This document shows positions 36,042-46,343 of a DNA stretch of 64,000 nucleotides, piece by piece. The DNA lies in assembly GCA_964607485.1 (NCBI GenBank), contig CAZSKP010000014.1:36085-100084 (forward strand), in the 5' to 3' direction. The DNA comes from an uncultured bacterium. Lineage in GTDB: Bacteria; Abyssobacteria; SURF-5. A program made the position numbers and the translations under genes. The notes beneath the pieces were generated by a model. It was not told where the DNA came from. It saw nothing but the letters and a program-made list of their open reading frames with translations, and did not search any database. Every line of letters begins with the position of its first letter. Position 1 is the stretch's first letter.

Positions 36042-37193
36042 CTAACATCCCATCAGCCGGCCTATGATCTCCTTCATGACCTCCGAGGTGCCGCCTCCGA
36101 TTGTGGTGAGTCGCGTATCGCGCCATGCGCGCGAGATGGGGTATTCGTTCATGTAGCCGTATCCGCCGTGAATCTGGAGACAGCGGTCGATTATCTTGAA
36201 AGCAGTCTCGCAGCAGAACAGCTTCGCCATCGAGACTTCCTTCACGCACTCGACCCCGTTGTTCACGAGATATGCCGCGTGATAGGCGAGCTGCCGGGCC
36301 GCCTCGAGTTCGGTCGCCATGTCGGCAAACTTGTGGCGCGTGACCTGGAACTTGGCGATGGGCCTGCCGAACTGGACGCGGTCCTGCGCGTAATTGAGCG
36401 TCATATCCAGCGCCCTCTGAGCGCCTGCGACGGAGGCGATAGCCGCAATCAGCCGCTCGCCCTGAAAATTTATCATGGCGGTGTAGAAACCCTGCCCTTC
36501 CACGCCGAGCAGGTGCGACGCGGGGATCCTGTAATCTTCGAACACGAGCTCGGCGGTGTCGGACACGCGGTTGCCGACCTTATCGAGCTTGCGGCCCACA
36601 GAGAAACCGGGCAGCTTGGTCGGCGCGACGAACATGCTGATGCCGCCGTGACCAGCCTCGGTGTCGGTCTTGGCCGCGAGCGCAATGAAGTCCGCCCGCG
36701 TTCCGTTGGTGATGAACATCTTGGTTCCGTTGATGACGTATTCGTCGCCGTCGCGAACGGCGGTCGTCCTCATGCTCGCCACGTCCGAGCCCGCCCCGGG
36801 CTCCGTGATGCCCAGCGCGGCGATCATCTCGCCTCGAATCGCCGGCGCCAGATATGTGCGCTTGATCTCGTCCGATCCGATGAGGTGAAGGGGACCGGTG
36901 CCCATGTCGCTCTGCACGAGGACCGACATCACGAGCCCCGCGAGCCCGCACAGGGCGAGTTCCTCGGCAAACACGACCGAATAGAAATAATCGAGACCCG
37001 AGCCTCCGTATTCCTCCGGATATCGAATTCCCAGCAAGCCGAGTTCTCCCATGCGCCTGAATACTTCGCGCGGAAACTCTTCGGCTTTGTCCCACTCCTC
37101 GGCATGCGGCGCGAGCTCCTTCTGAACGAAGTCGCGCACCGTTTTGCGAAACATCTCATGCTCTTCGGTAAAATACGGGTATCTTGATGTCAT
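36042..37193 (-). CDS. Acyl-CoA dehydrogenase
   Basis: ITEPGAGSDV, GTKMFITNG, RVQFGRPI, QIHGGYGY, IGGGTSEVMK. Confidence 0.95.
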   Translation of the reverse strand: MTSRYPYFTEEHEMFRKTVRDFVQKELAPHAEEWDKAEEFPREVFRRMGELGLLGIRYPEEYGGSGLDYFYSVVFAEELALCGLAGLVMSVLVQSDMGTGPLHLIGSDEIKRTYLAPAIRGEMIAALGITEPGAGSDVASMRTTAVRDGDEYVINGTKMFITNGTRADFIALAAKTDTEAGHGGISMFVAPTKLPGFSVGRKLDKVGNRVSDTAELVFEDYRIPASHLLGVEGQGFYTAMINFQGERLIAAIASVAGAQRALDMTLNYAQDRVQFGRPIAKFQVTRHKFADMATELEAARQLAYHAAYLVNNGVECVKEVSMAKLFCCETAFKIIDRCLQIHGGYGYMNEYPISRAWRDTRLTTIGGGTSEVMKEIIGRLMGC

Positions 37194-37207
37194 CGATGAT
37201 TTTCTCC

Positions 37208-37624
37208 TCAACACTTGCCGGCGGGCCTGAACTTTGGTATGGCGATCTCATCGGTAGCATGGTCGAAGAGTACCTCGACCTTCATCCCGACGCTTACCTC
37301 CTCCGGGACACAGCCAACCACGTTGCTCATCATGCGAACGCCCTCATCGAGCTCCACAAGAGTGACAACGTACGGGATGTCCTGCACAAATGCCGCGCTG
37401 GGTGCGCGACGGATGATCGTATATGAATAAATCGTTCCCCTTCCGCTCGCCTCGACCCAATTCAGACTCTCGGAAAGGCAGCTTCGACAGTGCGACTGTG
37501 GGAAAAATTGGAACACGCCGCAATCGCCGCATCGCTGCAGCAGCAGTTTGTGCTCCCTGGCGGCTTCCCAGAACCTCGCCGTAACGAGGTCCGGCACGGG
37601 AAGCGGTTTTGAATATTCCGTCAT
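37208..37624 (-). CDS. DUF35 zinc-ribbon/OB-fold protein
   Basis: FWEAA, CGDC...CRSC, ASGRGTIYSYT, VELDEGVRMM. Confidence 0.93.
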   Translation of the reverse strand: MTEYSKPLPVPDLVTARFWEAAREHKLLLQRCGDCGVFQFFPQSHCRSCLSESLNWVEASGRGTIYSYTIIRRAPSAAFVQDIPYVVTLVELDEGVRMMSNVVGCVPEEVSVGMKVEVLFDHATDEIAIPKFRPAGKC

Positions 37625-37633
37625 GACATCGCC

Positions 37634-38830
37634 TCAATCGGTTCCTAGAACGAGCGCCGTATGCGAGGAGAAATGGCCGCCGAGCCCGTTTATCAATCCC
37701 CTCTTTGCGCCCCTCACCTGCCTTTTTCCCTCCACCTCGCCCCGCAGCTGCTTGACTGCCTCGATGATGTGAAAGATGCCCGACGGCAGTCCGGGATGGC
37801 AGTGGGCATGACAGCCTCCGTGAGTAACAATCGGTATCTCGCCCCCGATTTCGATTCTCTGCCCTCCCTCGACGAACGGACCGCCCTCTCCCTCTTTGCA
37901 GAAACCGAAACTTTCAAGGAACAATATGGGCGTTATCGAAAAGCAGTCGTACAGCTGGGCGAAATCCATGTCCTTCGGCCCGAGGCCCGACATCTCGTAC
38001 ACCTGGTGGGCGGCATCGGCGCTGCCGTTGCGAAGGAGGTTGCCGGCCAGGGTGACGTGCTCCTGCGTCGTGCGGGACCCCGCCCCGAGAACGAGTACCG
38101 GCTCCTTCTTCAGGTCGCGGGCCCTCTCGGCCGAAGTGACCACGATCGCGCCGCCTCCGTCGGATATGATCGAGCACATGTCTTTCGTCAGCGGCGAGGA
38201 TATCTGCTTGGACGCAAGGACGTCGTCGATCGTGAGGGGGTCGCGCTTTTGCGCATCGGGATGCATCGAGGCGTGTTTGCGAATGCTGACGGCCACCTGC
38301 GCCAGTTGCTCGAGCGTGGTGCCGTATTCGTGCATGTGCCTCGTCGCTGCAAGCGCATACGTGCTGACCAGCGTAGGCCCGTAAGGGACCTCGAACTGCG
38401 AGTGGCCTATCCGCGAAAAAAGTTCGGTGATGCCCTCGCCGATCACTGCCATAAACTCGCCGTAGCCCGTGAAAGAGCGGATCGTGTCGGCAGCCGCAAT
38501 GAGGACGGCGCTGGCCATGCCGCTGTGTATGGCGTTGGCCGCGCTGATGACGAGCTGGATGTGGGTGGCGCCGCCTATCTGCATCGAGGTCGTAAAGCGA
38601 GGCCTGATGCCCACGTATTCGGAGAACATGACACTGTGCATCAGGATTAATTGGTTGGCAATACCGGCGGTGAGCACGCCGTCGATGTCGGCGTTCGTGA
38701 GCCCGCAGTCTTCGAGCGCGCGTTTCGCAGCCTGCGCGTGAAGCTGCATCGGGCCCTTGTCGTGAACCGTGCCGAGATCGCTTTCGCCTATGCCCACGAT
38801 TGCGATCTCGCCGCTCCAGCCGTCACCCAT
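37634..38830 (-). CDS. SCP2-type thiolase-superfamily protein (Ltp2-like)
   Basis: IAIVGIG, DIDG, SDGGGA, QLYDCF, THGG..HPG, EAVKQLRG; paired with DUF35. Confidence 0.9.
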   Translation of the reverse strand: MGDGWSGEIAIVGIGESDLGTVHDKGPMQLHAQAAKRALEDCGLTNADIDGVLTAGIANQLILMHSVMFSEYVGIRPRFTTSMQIGGATHIQLVISAANAIHSGMASAVLIAAADTIRSFTGYGEFMAVIGEGITELFSRIGHSQFEVPYGPTLVSTYALAATRHMHEYGTTLEQLAQVAVSIRKHASMHPDAQKRDPLTIDDVLASKQISSPLTKDMCSIISDGGGAIVVTSAERARDLKKEPVLVLGAGSRTTQEHVTLAGNLLRNGSADAAHQVYEMSGLGPKDMDFAQLYDCFSITPILFLESFGFCKEGEGGPFVEGGQRIEIGGEIPIVTHGGCHAHCHPGLPSGIFHIIEAVKQLRGEVEGKRQVRGAKRGLINGLGGHFSSHTALVLGTD

Positions 38831-38987
38831 TTTGAAGTCTTTATCCTGAACTATTCATCCGCCGTCATTTGCAATGAGCACAATATAGCGGATTCTTGCC
38901 TGAAATTCAATTGAAGGGAATTATGCGGCTCCCCCCACCAGCCGTCGATTATATCTATCTGCATATGTGATGCAAAACCGTTGTTTC

Positions 38988-39067
38988 CGTCATTCCCGTG
39001 GAAACGGGAATCCAGAATGTCAAAATGAGCGCAAGCCTGCTGGATGCCCGCTTTCGCGGGCATGACG
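38988..39067. repeat. REP-like palindromic element (two inverted GTCATxCCCG..AA..GGG.ATCCAG units)
   Basis: CGTCATTCCCGTGGAAACGGGAATCCAG ... CTGGATGCCCGCTTTCGCGGGCATGACG. Confidence 0.8.
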
Positions 39068-39105
39068 ACATTTCTTGCATTACTCATGCAGGAATCAATG
39101 AGAGG

Positions 39106-41451
39106 CTATGAAAGTTCGGACTCGCTGAAGAACACTTTCGAATCGCCGATATCAGTAACGTCGCCAACTATCTGGAATGTGCCTTCCAGTCGTATGTCAT
39201 CCGACGCCGCGCCTACCATGACCTCGACAGTTCCGGGCTCGACGACGTACTGCATACCTGTGTCATGGAAGCCAAGCTGATTGACAAAGAGTGTGAAGGT
39301 CACCGTCCGATTCTCGCCGGGCTTCAGCGTAAGCCTTCTGAATCCCTTCAATTCTTTAACCGGCCGGGTGATATTCGATTCCGCGTCATGCACGTACAGT
39401 TGGACAACCTCGTCGCCATTGCGGTCGCCGACGTTCTTGACATCGACGCTTATCTCGACCCTTTCCCCGGCCTTAACCTCTCCGGAGCCGATTCGAAGGT
39501 TGCTGTACTCGAAGCTCGTATAACTCAATCCGTGACCGAACGCGAACAGCGGCGTGCAGCTTGTCGAGACATAGTCGCCGTAAATGACCGACCTCGCACC
39601 CGACGGCTTGTGATTGTAATAGAGAGGTATCTGCCCGACCGTCCGCGGAACGGTGATCGGCAGCTTGCCGCCGGGATTGTAGTCGCCGAATAGCACGTCC
39701 GCCACCGCCTCGCCGCCCTCCTCGCCCGGCACCCATGCCTCGATAATTGCGGCGGCATTCTCTGCAATCCATGAAATCGAAAGCGGCCTTCCGTTAATGA
39801 GAACGACAACCACGGGCCTGCCCGTTTCGCAAACCGCGCGAACCAATTCCTCCTGCACGCCCGGAAGATTGAGGTCGGCGCGATCGCGGAACTCTCCGCT
39901 GGTGCAGTCCATCGCCAATCCGGATTTCTCGCCGACGACAACCACCGCGACATCCGCCTTGTTCGCAACCTCGACCGCCTCGGCGAAGCCCTCGGTCGAA
40001 TCACCGTTGATTTCACAGCCCTTGGCGAAATGAACAACCGTCTCTGACGAGACTCGTCGCTTTATGGCTTCGAGAACGCTCGTCATCGATACCGTGATGG
40101 CTTCGCCCGTCAAATCGTCCGGCATGTTCCTGCCGCCTTGCAGCGCCATGGCGAGCGATGGCTGGGACGCGTGGGAATAGTCGCCGACCACGCTCCTGAT
40201 GTTGTCGGCATTCGGACCGATGACGGCGATTGAAGGCACATCCTTCTTGAGAGGCAGCAGAGCGCCCGTGTTCTTCAGGAGCACGATCGATTTCTGCGCC
40301 AGTTCGCGTGCGAGCGCCCGCTGGTCGCCTGTCTCGAACACTGCCTCGATTTTATCGGTCGGCACATAGGGATTTTCGAACAGTCCCAGCTCGAGCTTCA
40401 TCTTCAGGATTCGAGCGACAACCTTATCTATCAATTCCTCGGTGACCATGCCATCCTTTACAGCCTCGTGGAGCGGCCCGCCGTAGCAATCTGTGTGCGG
40501 AAGCTCGACGTCGATTCCGGCCTCGAGCGCCATCGCGGCGGCTTCGGCTTTGTCTTTAGCCACACGGTGATATTGTGCCAGGGTGGGTACCGTGTGATAG
40601 TCCGACACGACTATTCCGTTGAAGCCCCACTCGTTGCGAAGAATCTCCGTGAGCAGCTTCTTTGAGCAGCCGCATGGTATCCCGTCTAATTCGTGGTAGG
40701 CGTTCATCATCGAGGCGAGACCGGCCTCTTTCACCGCCGCCTCGAAGGGCATGAGGAATACATCGCGCAATTCCCTCGGCATAATCTTCGCGGGCGCCCA
40801 GTTGAGGCCGCCTTCCGGCACGCTGTATCCGACGAAATGTTTTCCCGTCGCAACAATGCCATCCTTCAAGTTGGGCCCCTGCAACCCTTTCACGTATGAG
40901 ACGCCCATCCGCGATATGAGGTACGGGTCCTCGCCAAAGGTCTCCTCGGTCCTGCCCCACCTGGGGTCGCGTGCGACATCGAGCACCGGCGAGAGTCCCT
41001 GGTGCGCGCCCGTGGCCTTCATTTGCTTTCTGATCACGGACGCCATCTGCTCGATGAGTTCCGGCGACCACGTGCCGGCAGCGCCTATTATTTGGGGGAA
41101 ACACGTCGCCCCGGCGGCCATGTACCCGCTGCAGCATTCCTCGTGAACCATTGCCGGGATGCCCAGGCGAGTGTTTTCGGTTAAGTGCTTCTGGATCGAG
41201 TTCGTCAGCTCGGCGGCTTCAGTTGGTTGCAGATTGCTTGCCCCGGCGACACGAGTAAGTTGCCCGATGCCGTCTTTAATCCGCTCCTTTGTCATCTCCT
41301 CGGCGTACGCCATGTTTTCGTACAGCTCGACCGAGCCAAGCTGAGCGATTTTCTCATCGAGCGTCATCCTCGCAAGAAGATCGGAGACCCGTCCTTCGAC
41401 GGGAAAGGAGGCATCTTTGTAGACAGGCGTGCTGTCGGAAGTGTCACTCAT
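39106..41451 (-). CDS. Glycoside hydrolase family 3 (beta-xylosidase/glucosidase), no signal peptide seen
   Basis: RDPRWGRTEETFGEDP, GKHF, IVVSDY nucleophile motif, SIVLLKN, FGHGLSY, C-terminal fn3-like domain. Confidence 0.95.
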   Translation of the reverse strand: MSDTSDSTPVYKDASFPVEGRVSDLLARMTLDEKIAQLGSVELYENMAYAEEMTKERIKDGIGQLTRVAGASNLQPTEAAELTNSIQKHLTENTRLGIPAMVHEECCSGYMAAGATCFPQIIGAAGTWSPELIEQMASVIRKQMKATGAHQGLSPVLDVARDPRWGRTEETFGEDPYLISRMGVSYVKGLQGPNLKDGIVATGKHFVGYSVPEGGLNWAPAKIMPRELRDVFLMPFEAAVKEAGLASMMNAYHELDGIPCGCSKKLLTEILRNEWGFNGIVVSDYHTVPTLAQYHRVAKDKAEAAAMALEAGIDVELPHTDCYGGPLHEAVKDGMVTEELIDKVVARILKMKLELGLFENPYVPTDKIEAVFETGDQRALARELAQKSIVLLKNTGALLPLKKDVPSIAVIGPNADNIRSVVGDYSHASQPSLAMALQGGRNMPDDLTGEAITVSMTSVLEAIKRRVSSETVVHFAKGCEINGDSTEGFAEAVEVANKADVAVVVVGEKSGLAMDCTSGEFRDRADLNLPGVQEELVRAVCETGRPVVVVLINGRPLSISWIAENAAAIIEAWVPGEEGGEAVADVLFGDYNPGGKLPITVPRTVGQIPLYYNHKPSGARSVIYGDYVSTSCTPLFAFGHGLSYTSFEYSNLRIGSGEVKAGERVEISVDVKNVGDRNGDEVVQLYVHDAESNITRPVKELKGFRRLTLKPGENRTVTFTLFVNQLGFHDTGMQYVVEPGTVEVMVGAASDDIRLEGTFQIVGDVTDIGDSKVFFSESELS

Positions 41452-41528
41452 CGGAATAATCTCCTCATCGTCCTTATTGATTGCTTAATAGACGGGGACA
41501 GTGTCAAACCTACGGGCGACTAGACTTG

Positions 41529-43061
41529 TTATTGCGTCGCATCAAGATTCGATAGCCGCCGGAAGTGTTCCTTGTTCGACGGATACAGCTCTCGGTAAAT
41601 TGAATAAAGTCTTTTGTATAATTCGACGTTTTCGGATATCGGGATGGTTTCGGACGACTTCCTGACGGTCGCCTTTGCAGCCTCTGCGCAACTTGAGAAA
41701 ACACCCGCGCCCACACCCGCGAGCAGGGCCGCACCGAACGGGGCCGCGTCGGTCACGCTCAGCGTGCACACCTTTTGTCCGAACACGTCGGCCTGTATCT
41801 GCCGCCACAAGGGACTCTTTGCGCCGCCGCCGGCGAGGACGATCTCCCCGACGTCCACTCCGAGTTCCCGCACGAGCTCCAGACTGTCGCGCAGGCCGAA
41901 TGCGACGCCTTCCATCACCGCGCGCACCATGTGAGCCTTCGTGTGCCGGAGGTTCAATCCGACGAACATGCCCCGGGCGTCGGAGTCGGCATGCGGCGTC
42001 CTCTCGCCGCTGAGATAGGGCAAGAAGAGCAGTTCCCCGGCGCCGGGCGCCGCTGAGGAAGCCATGTCGGAGAGCAGGTCATATACGTCGATGCGGCCGG
42101 CTTGCGCGCGCTCGATTTCGACGCGGCAGAGATTATCCTTGAACCATTTGAGCGAAAGCCCGGCCGTGAGCATGACACCCATCAGGTACCACCTGTCCGG
42201 CACGGCGTGGTTCATGCAATGCAGCCGCATCCGCTCGTCCACGCGATGCTCCGAGAGCGCTGCGAGCACAACGCCCGACGACCCGATGCTCGACTGAAGC
42301 GTTCCCTCCTCGATGATTCCCGCGCCAACCGCAGCGCAGGCGTTGTCCGCGCCGCCGCCGACCACCGGCGTGCCTTCCCGGAGACCGGTCGCCTCGGCGG
42401 CCGCGCGAGTTATCCGGCCCGAGACCTCGTGCGAGCCGACGACACGCGGCATTATTTCGAGATCGATATCGAGCGCCGAGAGGATCTTCTCCGACCACTT
42501 GCGCTCGCCGACATTGAACAGAATGGTGCCCGCCGCGTCGGAGACGTCGGTCGCAAGCTCGCCCGTCAGTTTGTAGCGGATGTAGTCCTTCGCGATGAGC
42601 AGATGCCGAAGCTTGCCATAGTTCTCAGGCTCATTCTCGCGCAGCCATAGCACCTTCGGTGCGGTGAAGCCCTCGAGCGCCGGATTCGACGCCTCGTCGC
42701 GTAGCAGCTCAAATCCGACGCGCTCGTTTATCTCCTCGCACTGTTTAGTCGTCCGAACATCGCACCACATGATTGCCGGGCGTATGACTCTACCGTTCTC
42801 ATCGAGGAACACCGAGGTATGCATCTGTCCCGACAGCCCTACGGCCGCGATCTCGCCCGGCTCGACACCCTTCTCTATAGGCTGACGCGTCGCGACGCAG
42901 AAGGCGTCCCACCAATCGGCCGGATTCTGCTCGGCCCACTTCGCGCGCGGCGACGAGATCTCATAGCCCGAAAAACTCTCCGCCGCGATCGAGCCGTCCG
43001 GCCTGACAGCGAGCGCCTTCACCCCCGTCGTCCCGACGTCAACCCCGAGCATGATCGGCAT
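41529..43061 (-). CDS. xylB: Xylulokinase (FGGY family)
   Basis: GVDVGTTGVK, SGQMH, FTAPK, GGADNA, FLPYLSGERTP; adjacent to xylA. Confidence 0.93.
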   Translation of the reverse strand: MPIMLGVDVGTTGVKALAVRPDGSIAAESFSGYEISSPRAKWAEQNPADWWDAFCVATRQPIEKGVEPGEIAAVGLSGQMHTSVFLDENGRVIRPAIMWCDVRTTKQCEEINERVGFELLRDEASNPALEGFTAPKVLWLRENEPENYGKLRHLLIAKDYIRYKLTGELATDVSDAAGTILFNVGERKWSEKILSALDIDLEIMPRVVGSHEVSGRITRAAAEATGLREGTPVVGGGADNACAAVGAGIIEEGTLQSSIGSSGVVLAALSEHRVDERMRLHCMNHAVPDRWYLMGVMLTAGLSLKWFKDNLCRVEIERAQAGRIDVYDLLSDMASSAAPGAGELLFLPYLSGERTPHADSDARGMFVGLNLRHTKAHMVRAVMEGVAFGLRDSLELVRELGVDVGEIVLAGGGAKSPLWRQIQADVFGQKVCTLSVTDAAPFGAALLAGVGAGVFSSCAEAAKATVRKSSETIPISENVELYKRLYSIYRELYPSNKEHFRRLSNLDATQ

Positions 43062-43097
43062 CTTAACTAATTTTCTCCGAAAGTTGTATTTGAACTG

Positions 43098-44420
43098 TCA
43101 TGTTTTCCCAAAAATATATTTGTTCAGGATGTTTTCAAGGAGTTCTTGTCTGCCGCTTCTGGGCTCCGGCTCGCCCTTGCTGACAGCCCAATCCTCGAGT
43201 TCCGTCAGGGTGGTCTTGCGTTGGAGCGCTTTCTTGCCCATGCCGCGGGAATAGCCGGCGTAGCGGTCGCGCAGGGGCCGGCTGAGCGCGTTGTCTTCGA
43301 CAAGCTTGTGCGCAACCTCCAGCGCTCTGGCAAAAGTATCCATCCCTCCAATGTGTGCGTGGAATAGATCAATCGTGTCGAAGGACCCTCTTCTGACCTT
43401 GGCGTCGAAATTCAATCCTCCAAATTTGAGCCCTCCCTGTTGAAGGATGATATACATGGCCCACACCGCACCATAGATATCGGTAGGGAATTGATCGGTA
43501 TCCCATCCAAGCGTCGGATCGCCGCGATTGATGTCCAAGCTGCCGAGCTTTTCCGCACGTGACGCTACCATCAGTTCATGCTCGAACGAGTGGCCTGCAA
43601 GCGTTGCATGATTCGCCTCTATGTTCAGCATGAAGTGATCAATGAGGTCAAACTCTCTCAGAAAACCCAAACACGTCGAAGCATCGAAATCGTACTGGTG
43701 AGTCGAGGGTTCCTTGGGCTTGGGCTCGATAAAGAATTTCCCCTTGAACCCGGCTTTTTTGGCGTAATCGACAGCCATATGCAGCATGGCCGCAAGCTGT
43801 TCGAGTTCCTGGCCGATGTTTGTGTTAATCAGAGACACGTAGCCCTCGCGTCCGCCCCAGAAAACATATCCGGTCCCATCGAGTTCGACCGTCGCATCAA
43901 TCGCTCGTCTGATCTGGCTTGCGGCATGAGCAAAGACGAGGGGATCGGGGTTGGTTGCGGCGCCGTGGGTATAGCGAGGATGGCTGAAGAGGTTGGCGGT
44001 CCCCCAAAGAAGTCTGACGCCTGTTTCGCGCTGAAGCTTTTTCGCCTTCTTCACCATCTTCTGAAGGTTCCTGTTTGTTTCCTTTATCGTGTCGCCCTTG
44101 GGCGCGATGTCCCGATCATGGAAGCAATAGTGTTTCACTCCAAGCTTGGTGAAGAACTCGAAGGCGGCTTCAAGGGTCTTTTCCGCAATATCCATCGGAC
44201 TTGATCCCTCACGCCATCGCCGATCATAGGCCGGCCCGCCGAACGGGTCGGAGCCGGTACCCATAAAGGTATGCCAAAAGGCGACCGCGAATTTCAAGTG
44301 TTGCTCCATCGTCTTCCGACCGACCTTCTTCTTCGGATTGTAGTACTTGAATGACAGGGGATTCGCGGAATCGGGCCCTTCATATCTAATCTCTCTTACT
44401 TCGGGAAAGTAACCTGTCAT
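43098..44420 (-). CDS. xylA: Xylose isomerase (class II)
   Basis: FWHTF, FHDRDIAP, FWGGREGY, IEPKPKEP..HQYD, NIEANHATL, WDTDQFP, NFDAK. Confidence 0.97.
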   Translation of the reverse strand: MTGYFPEVREIRYEGPDSANPLSFKYYNPKKKVGRKTMEQHLKFAVAFWHTFMGTGSDPFGGPAYDRRWREGSSPMDIAEKTLEAAFEFFTKLGVKHYCFHDRDIAPKGDTIKETNRNLQKMVKKAKKLQRETGVRLLWGTANLFSHPRYTHGAATNPDPLVFAHAASQIRRAIDATVELDGTGYVFWGGREGYVSLINTNIGQELEQLAAMLHMAVDYAKKAGFKGKFFIEPKPKEPSTHQYDFDASTCLGFLREFDLIDHFMLNIEANHATLAGHSFEHELMVASRAEKLGSLDINRGDPTLGWDTDQFPTDIYGAVWAMYIILQQGGLKFGGLNFDAKVRRGSFDTIDLFHAHIGGMDTFARALEVAHKLVEDNALSRPLRDRYAGYSRGMGKKALQRKTTLTELEDWAVSKGEPEPRSGRQELLENILNKYIFGKT

Positions 44421-44482
44421 GAACCGTTCCTTTCTCTATGTCTGGAATATGGAACAGCGAACACGAGCGGGTTCATTCGCAT

Positions 44483-46051
44483 TCATGGGATTATTTGGCG
44501 AAACTTGGCTTCAGAAACCAACGGAACAAGCCCAGCGAGGAACCCGTTGAATATGCTGACCCTAATCCACCAGGAGAGAAGCCAGTCGCCTGTCATCGTA
44601 AAGAGATAAGTAGCCGGAATCTCGCAGGCGGCCAGCAGCACAAACAAGGTCACTGATCCGGCGACGAGAAACTGGCCCAATGGCGACCAGACGAAGAAAG
44701 ACGCAACGGCGACGGAGGTCGCAGAGATAAGGCTCCCGGCGAGTCCCAGAGCAAGACCCGTCTGCCAGTCGGTCGAACGTTGCACGCTCCTTCGCAGCAA
44801 CTCGTCGCATGCAAAGTAAATCCCGCTGACCAGAAACGCCAGGCCGAACCAGAATAATCGTCGGCCCGCAGGCAGTACACTCACCAGCCAACGATCGAAA
44901 AGAAACAGCATGAGCGTCGCTGCAAGGAGCGCCATTCGCGCTCCCCAAGGTCCCCGCGGTATCCCAATCCCAAATCCCGGCTTAATCATCACAAGAAGCA
45001 GGAGAGGGACAGCTGCAATCGCAAAAAGGACAAGGATTCTCCCATATGCCAAAAGCGGGATCTTTTGGACCGACGGGATTGAGTTACTGAAGATGGCGGC
45101 CATGCCCCAACCGGCTATGAATAGTAACAGCATTGCCCATGCAGGAATTCCTCGACTGCCGCTTTCTTCAACCGTTCGCCAAAAGAACAGCCCTATGCCG
45201 GCCACCGCCATAGAGCCGCCCAGCAAGACTCCGATTGCCAATACCAGAAGTTGTGTCCAGTTCGTTACAAGTAATCGCTCGTTCGTGTTGCCGCTGATTT
45301 GGTTTATCCAGCGCAGGATTGTACGGTGGGAGGCCTTGTCGAGAATAATGCTGAAATGGTTGGTCTCGGGCATGACCTGCGCCCTTCTTGCAGTTCCCTG
45401 TCCAATCTCGCCATATGTCTTGTTGAGTTCCGGACGCTTCACTCTTGTGCCGTTCGTGAGTGCAATGTGCGTCTGTCTCTTGACTGTTCCGAGATCGCGT
45501 TCCGCCACCAGAATTAGAACGTTCGAAGGTCGCTCTTTATCCAGTGCGGCTGAAACCGTTGACAAGAGGACGACCCCATCAACGGACGGAGTCTCCCATG
45601 CCGTTTGCAAGGCGTAGCGCGTTCCCTCGCTATGGCCGATCAGGAAATGGCGCGAATCGGGTCGGGCTTCAAGAAAAGGATGTGTGGCTTCCGATGATTC
45701 GATACCGTGAGATGTGTACGCCATCGTGACCTTGGAATTCGGCGAGCCGGAATTGGCCACAAGCCGGACAGCATAGCCGTCGCGAAGCAAGGAGAGAGCA
45801 AGAGGAAAATACGTTTGAATGCTCGAGCCGAATCCCGTGTAGATGACGACTCTTCCTAGCTCGGGTTCATCCGGTTGCAAATCGTAGCAGGCAATATCAT
45901 AGTCAAGCTTGTCAGAAGGGACCGACTGCCATTTTCCTCCATAGCGGAGAAGATCCCAACTTCCCATCAGATGACAAGCCAGCGCCAATACCAGGCCTGC
46001 CGCAAACAGCGTCAACCCGAGCCTATGTCTTGTACGGGGATTATCCAACAT
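44483..46051 (-). CDS. Alpha/beta-hydrolase domain fused to a multi-TM C-terminal region
   Basis: N-terminal TM, LIGHSEG nucleophile elbow, later His in NHFSI, then several hydrophobic helices. Confidence 0.7.
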   Translation of the reverse strand: MLDNPRTRHRLGLTLFAAGLVLALACHLMGSWDLLRYGGKWQSVPSDKLDYDIACYDLQPDEPELGRVVIYTGFGSSIQTYFPLALSLLRDGYAVRLVANSGSPNSKVTMAYTSHGIESSEATHPFLEARPDSRHFLIGHSEGTRYALQTAWETPSVDGVVLLSTVSAALDKERPSNVLILVAERDLGTVKRQTHIALTNGTRVKRPELNKTYGEIGQGTARRAQVMPETNHFSIILDKASHRTILRWINQISGNTNERLLVTNWTQLLVLAIGVLLGGSMAVAGIGLFFWRTVEESGSRGIPAWAMLLLFIAGWGMAAIFSNSIPSVQKIPLLAYGRILVLFAIAAVPLLLLVMIKPGFGIGIPRGPWGARMALLAATLMLFLFDRWLVSVLPAGRRLFWFGLAFLVSGIYFACDELLRRSVQRSTDWQTGLALGLAGSLISATSVAVASFFVWSPLGQFLVAGSVTLFVLLAACEIPATYLFTMTGDWLLSWWIRVSIFNGFLAGLVPLVSEAKFRQIIP

Positions 46052-46343
46052 GAGAAACGAATTCGACCGTCCCGTTCCCTTGACGTGACGAGCACCGAAG
46101 GTTCACGGACAATCTTTGTTCCGTTGGACTGGGCCAACCTCACTGTTAATTCGAAAGGCTTTCCGTCCTCAATAGATTAGGGTTCAGCAAGAAATAAGTC
46201 AAGCTTCGGTGAGAAGGATGGGGTTCCCATGCGTACGCCCGCACCGAGACGTGGTCCGGGAAACGTGGGATAGAAAGGAGAAAGCGGAAGCTTCGCTCTT
46301 TCGGGACGGGTGAGAACTGAAGGCTTCCGTCCACGAAGTTCGT

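Noticed and set aside
39106-44420. xylA-xylB-GH3 cluster as a novel system
   Set aside because: Standard xylose isomerase pathway with a xylosidase; ordinary apart from no transporter or regulator nearby
46153-46332. Short imperfect direct repeat GAA(A)GGCTT(T)CCGTCC flanking about 150 bp; possible ncRNA or insertion
   Set aside because: Too short to distinguish from chance, and no known RNA motif recognised
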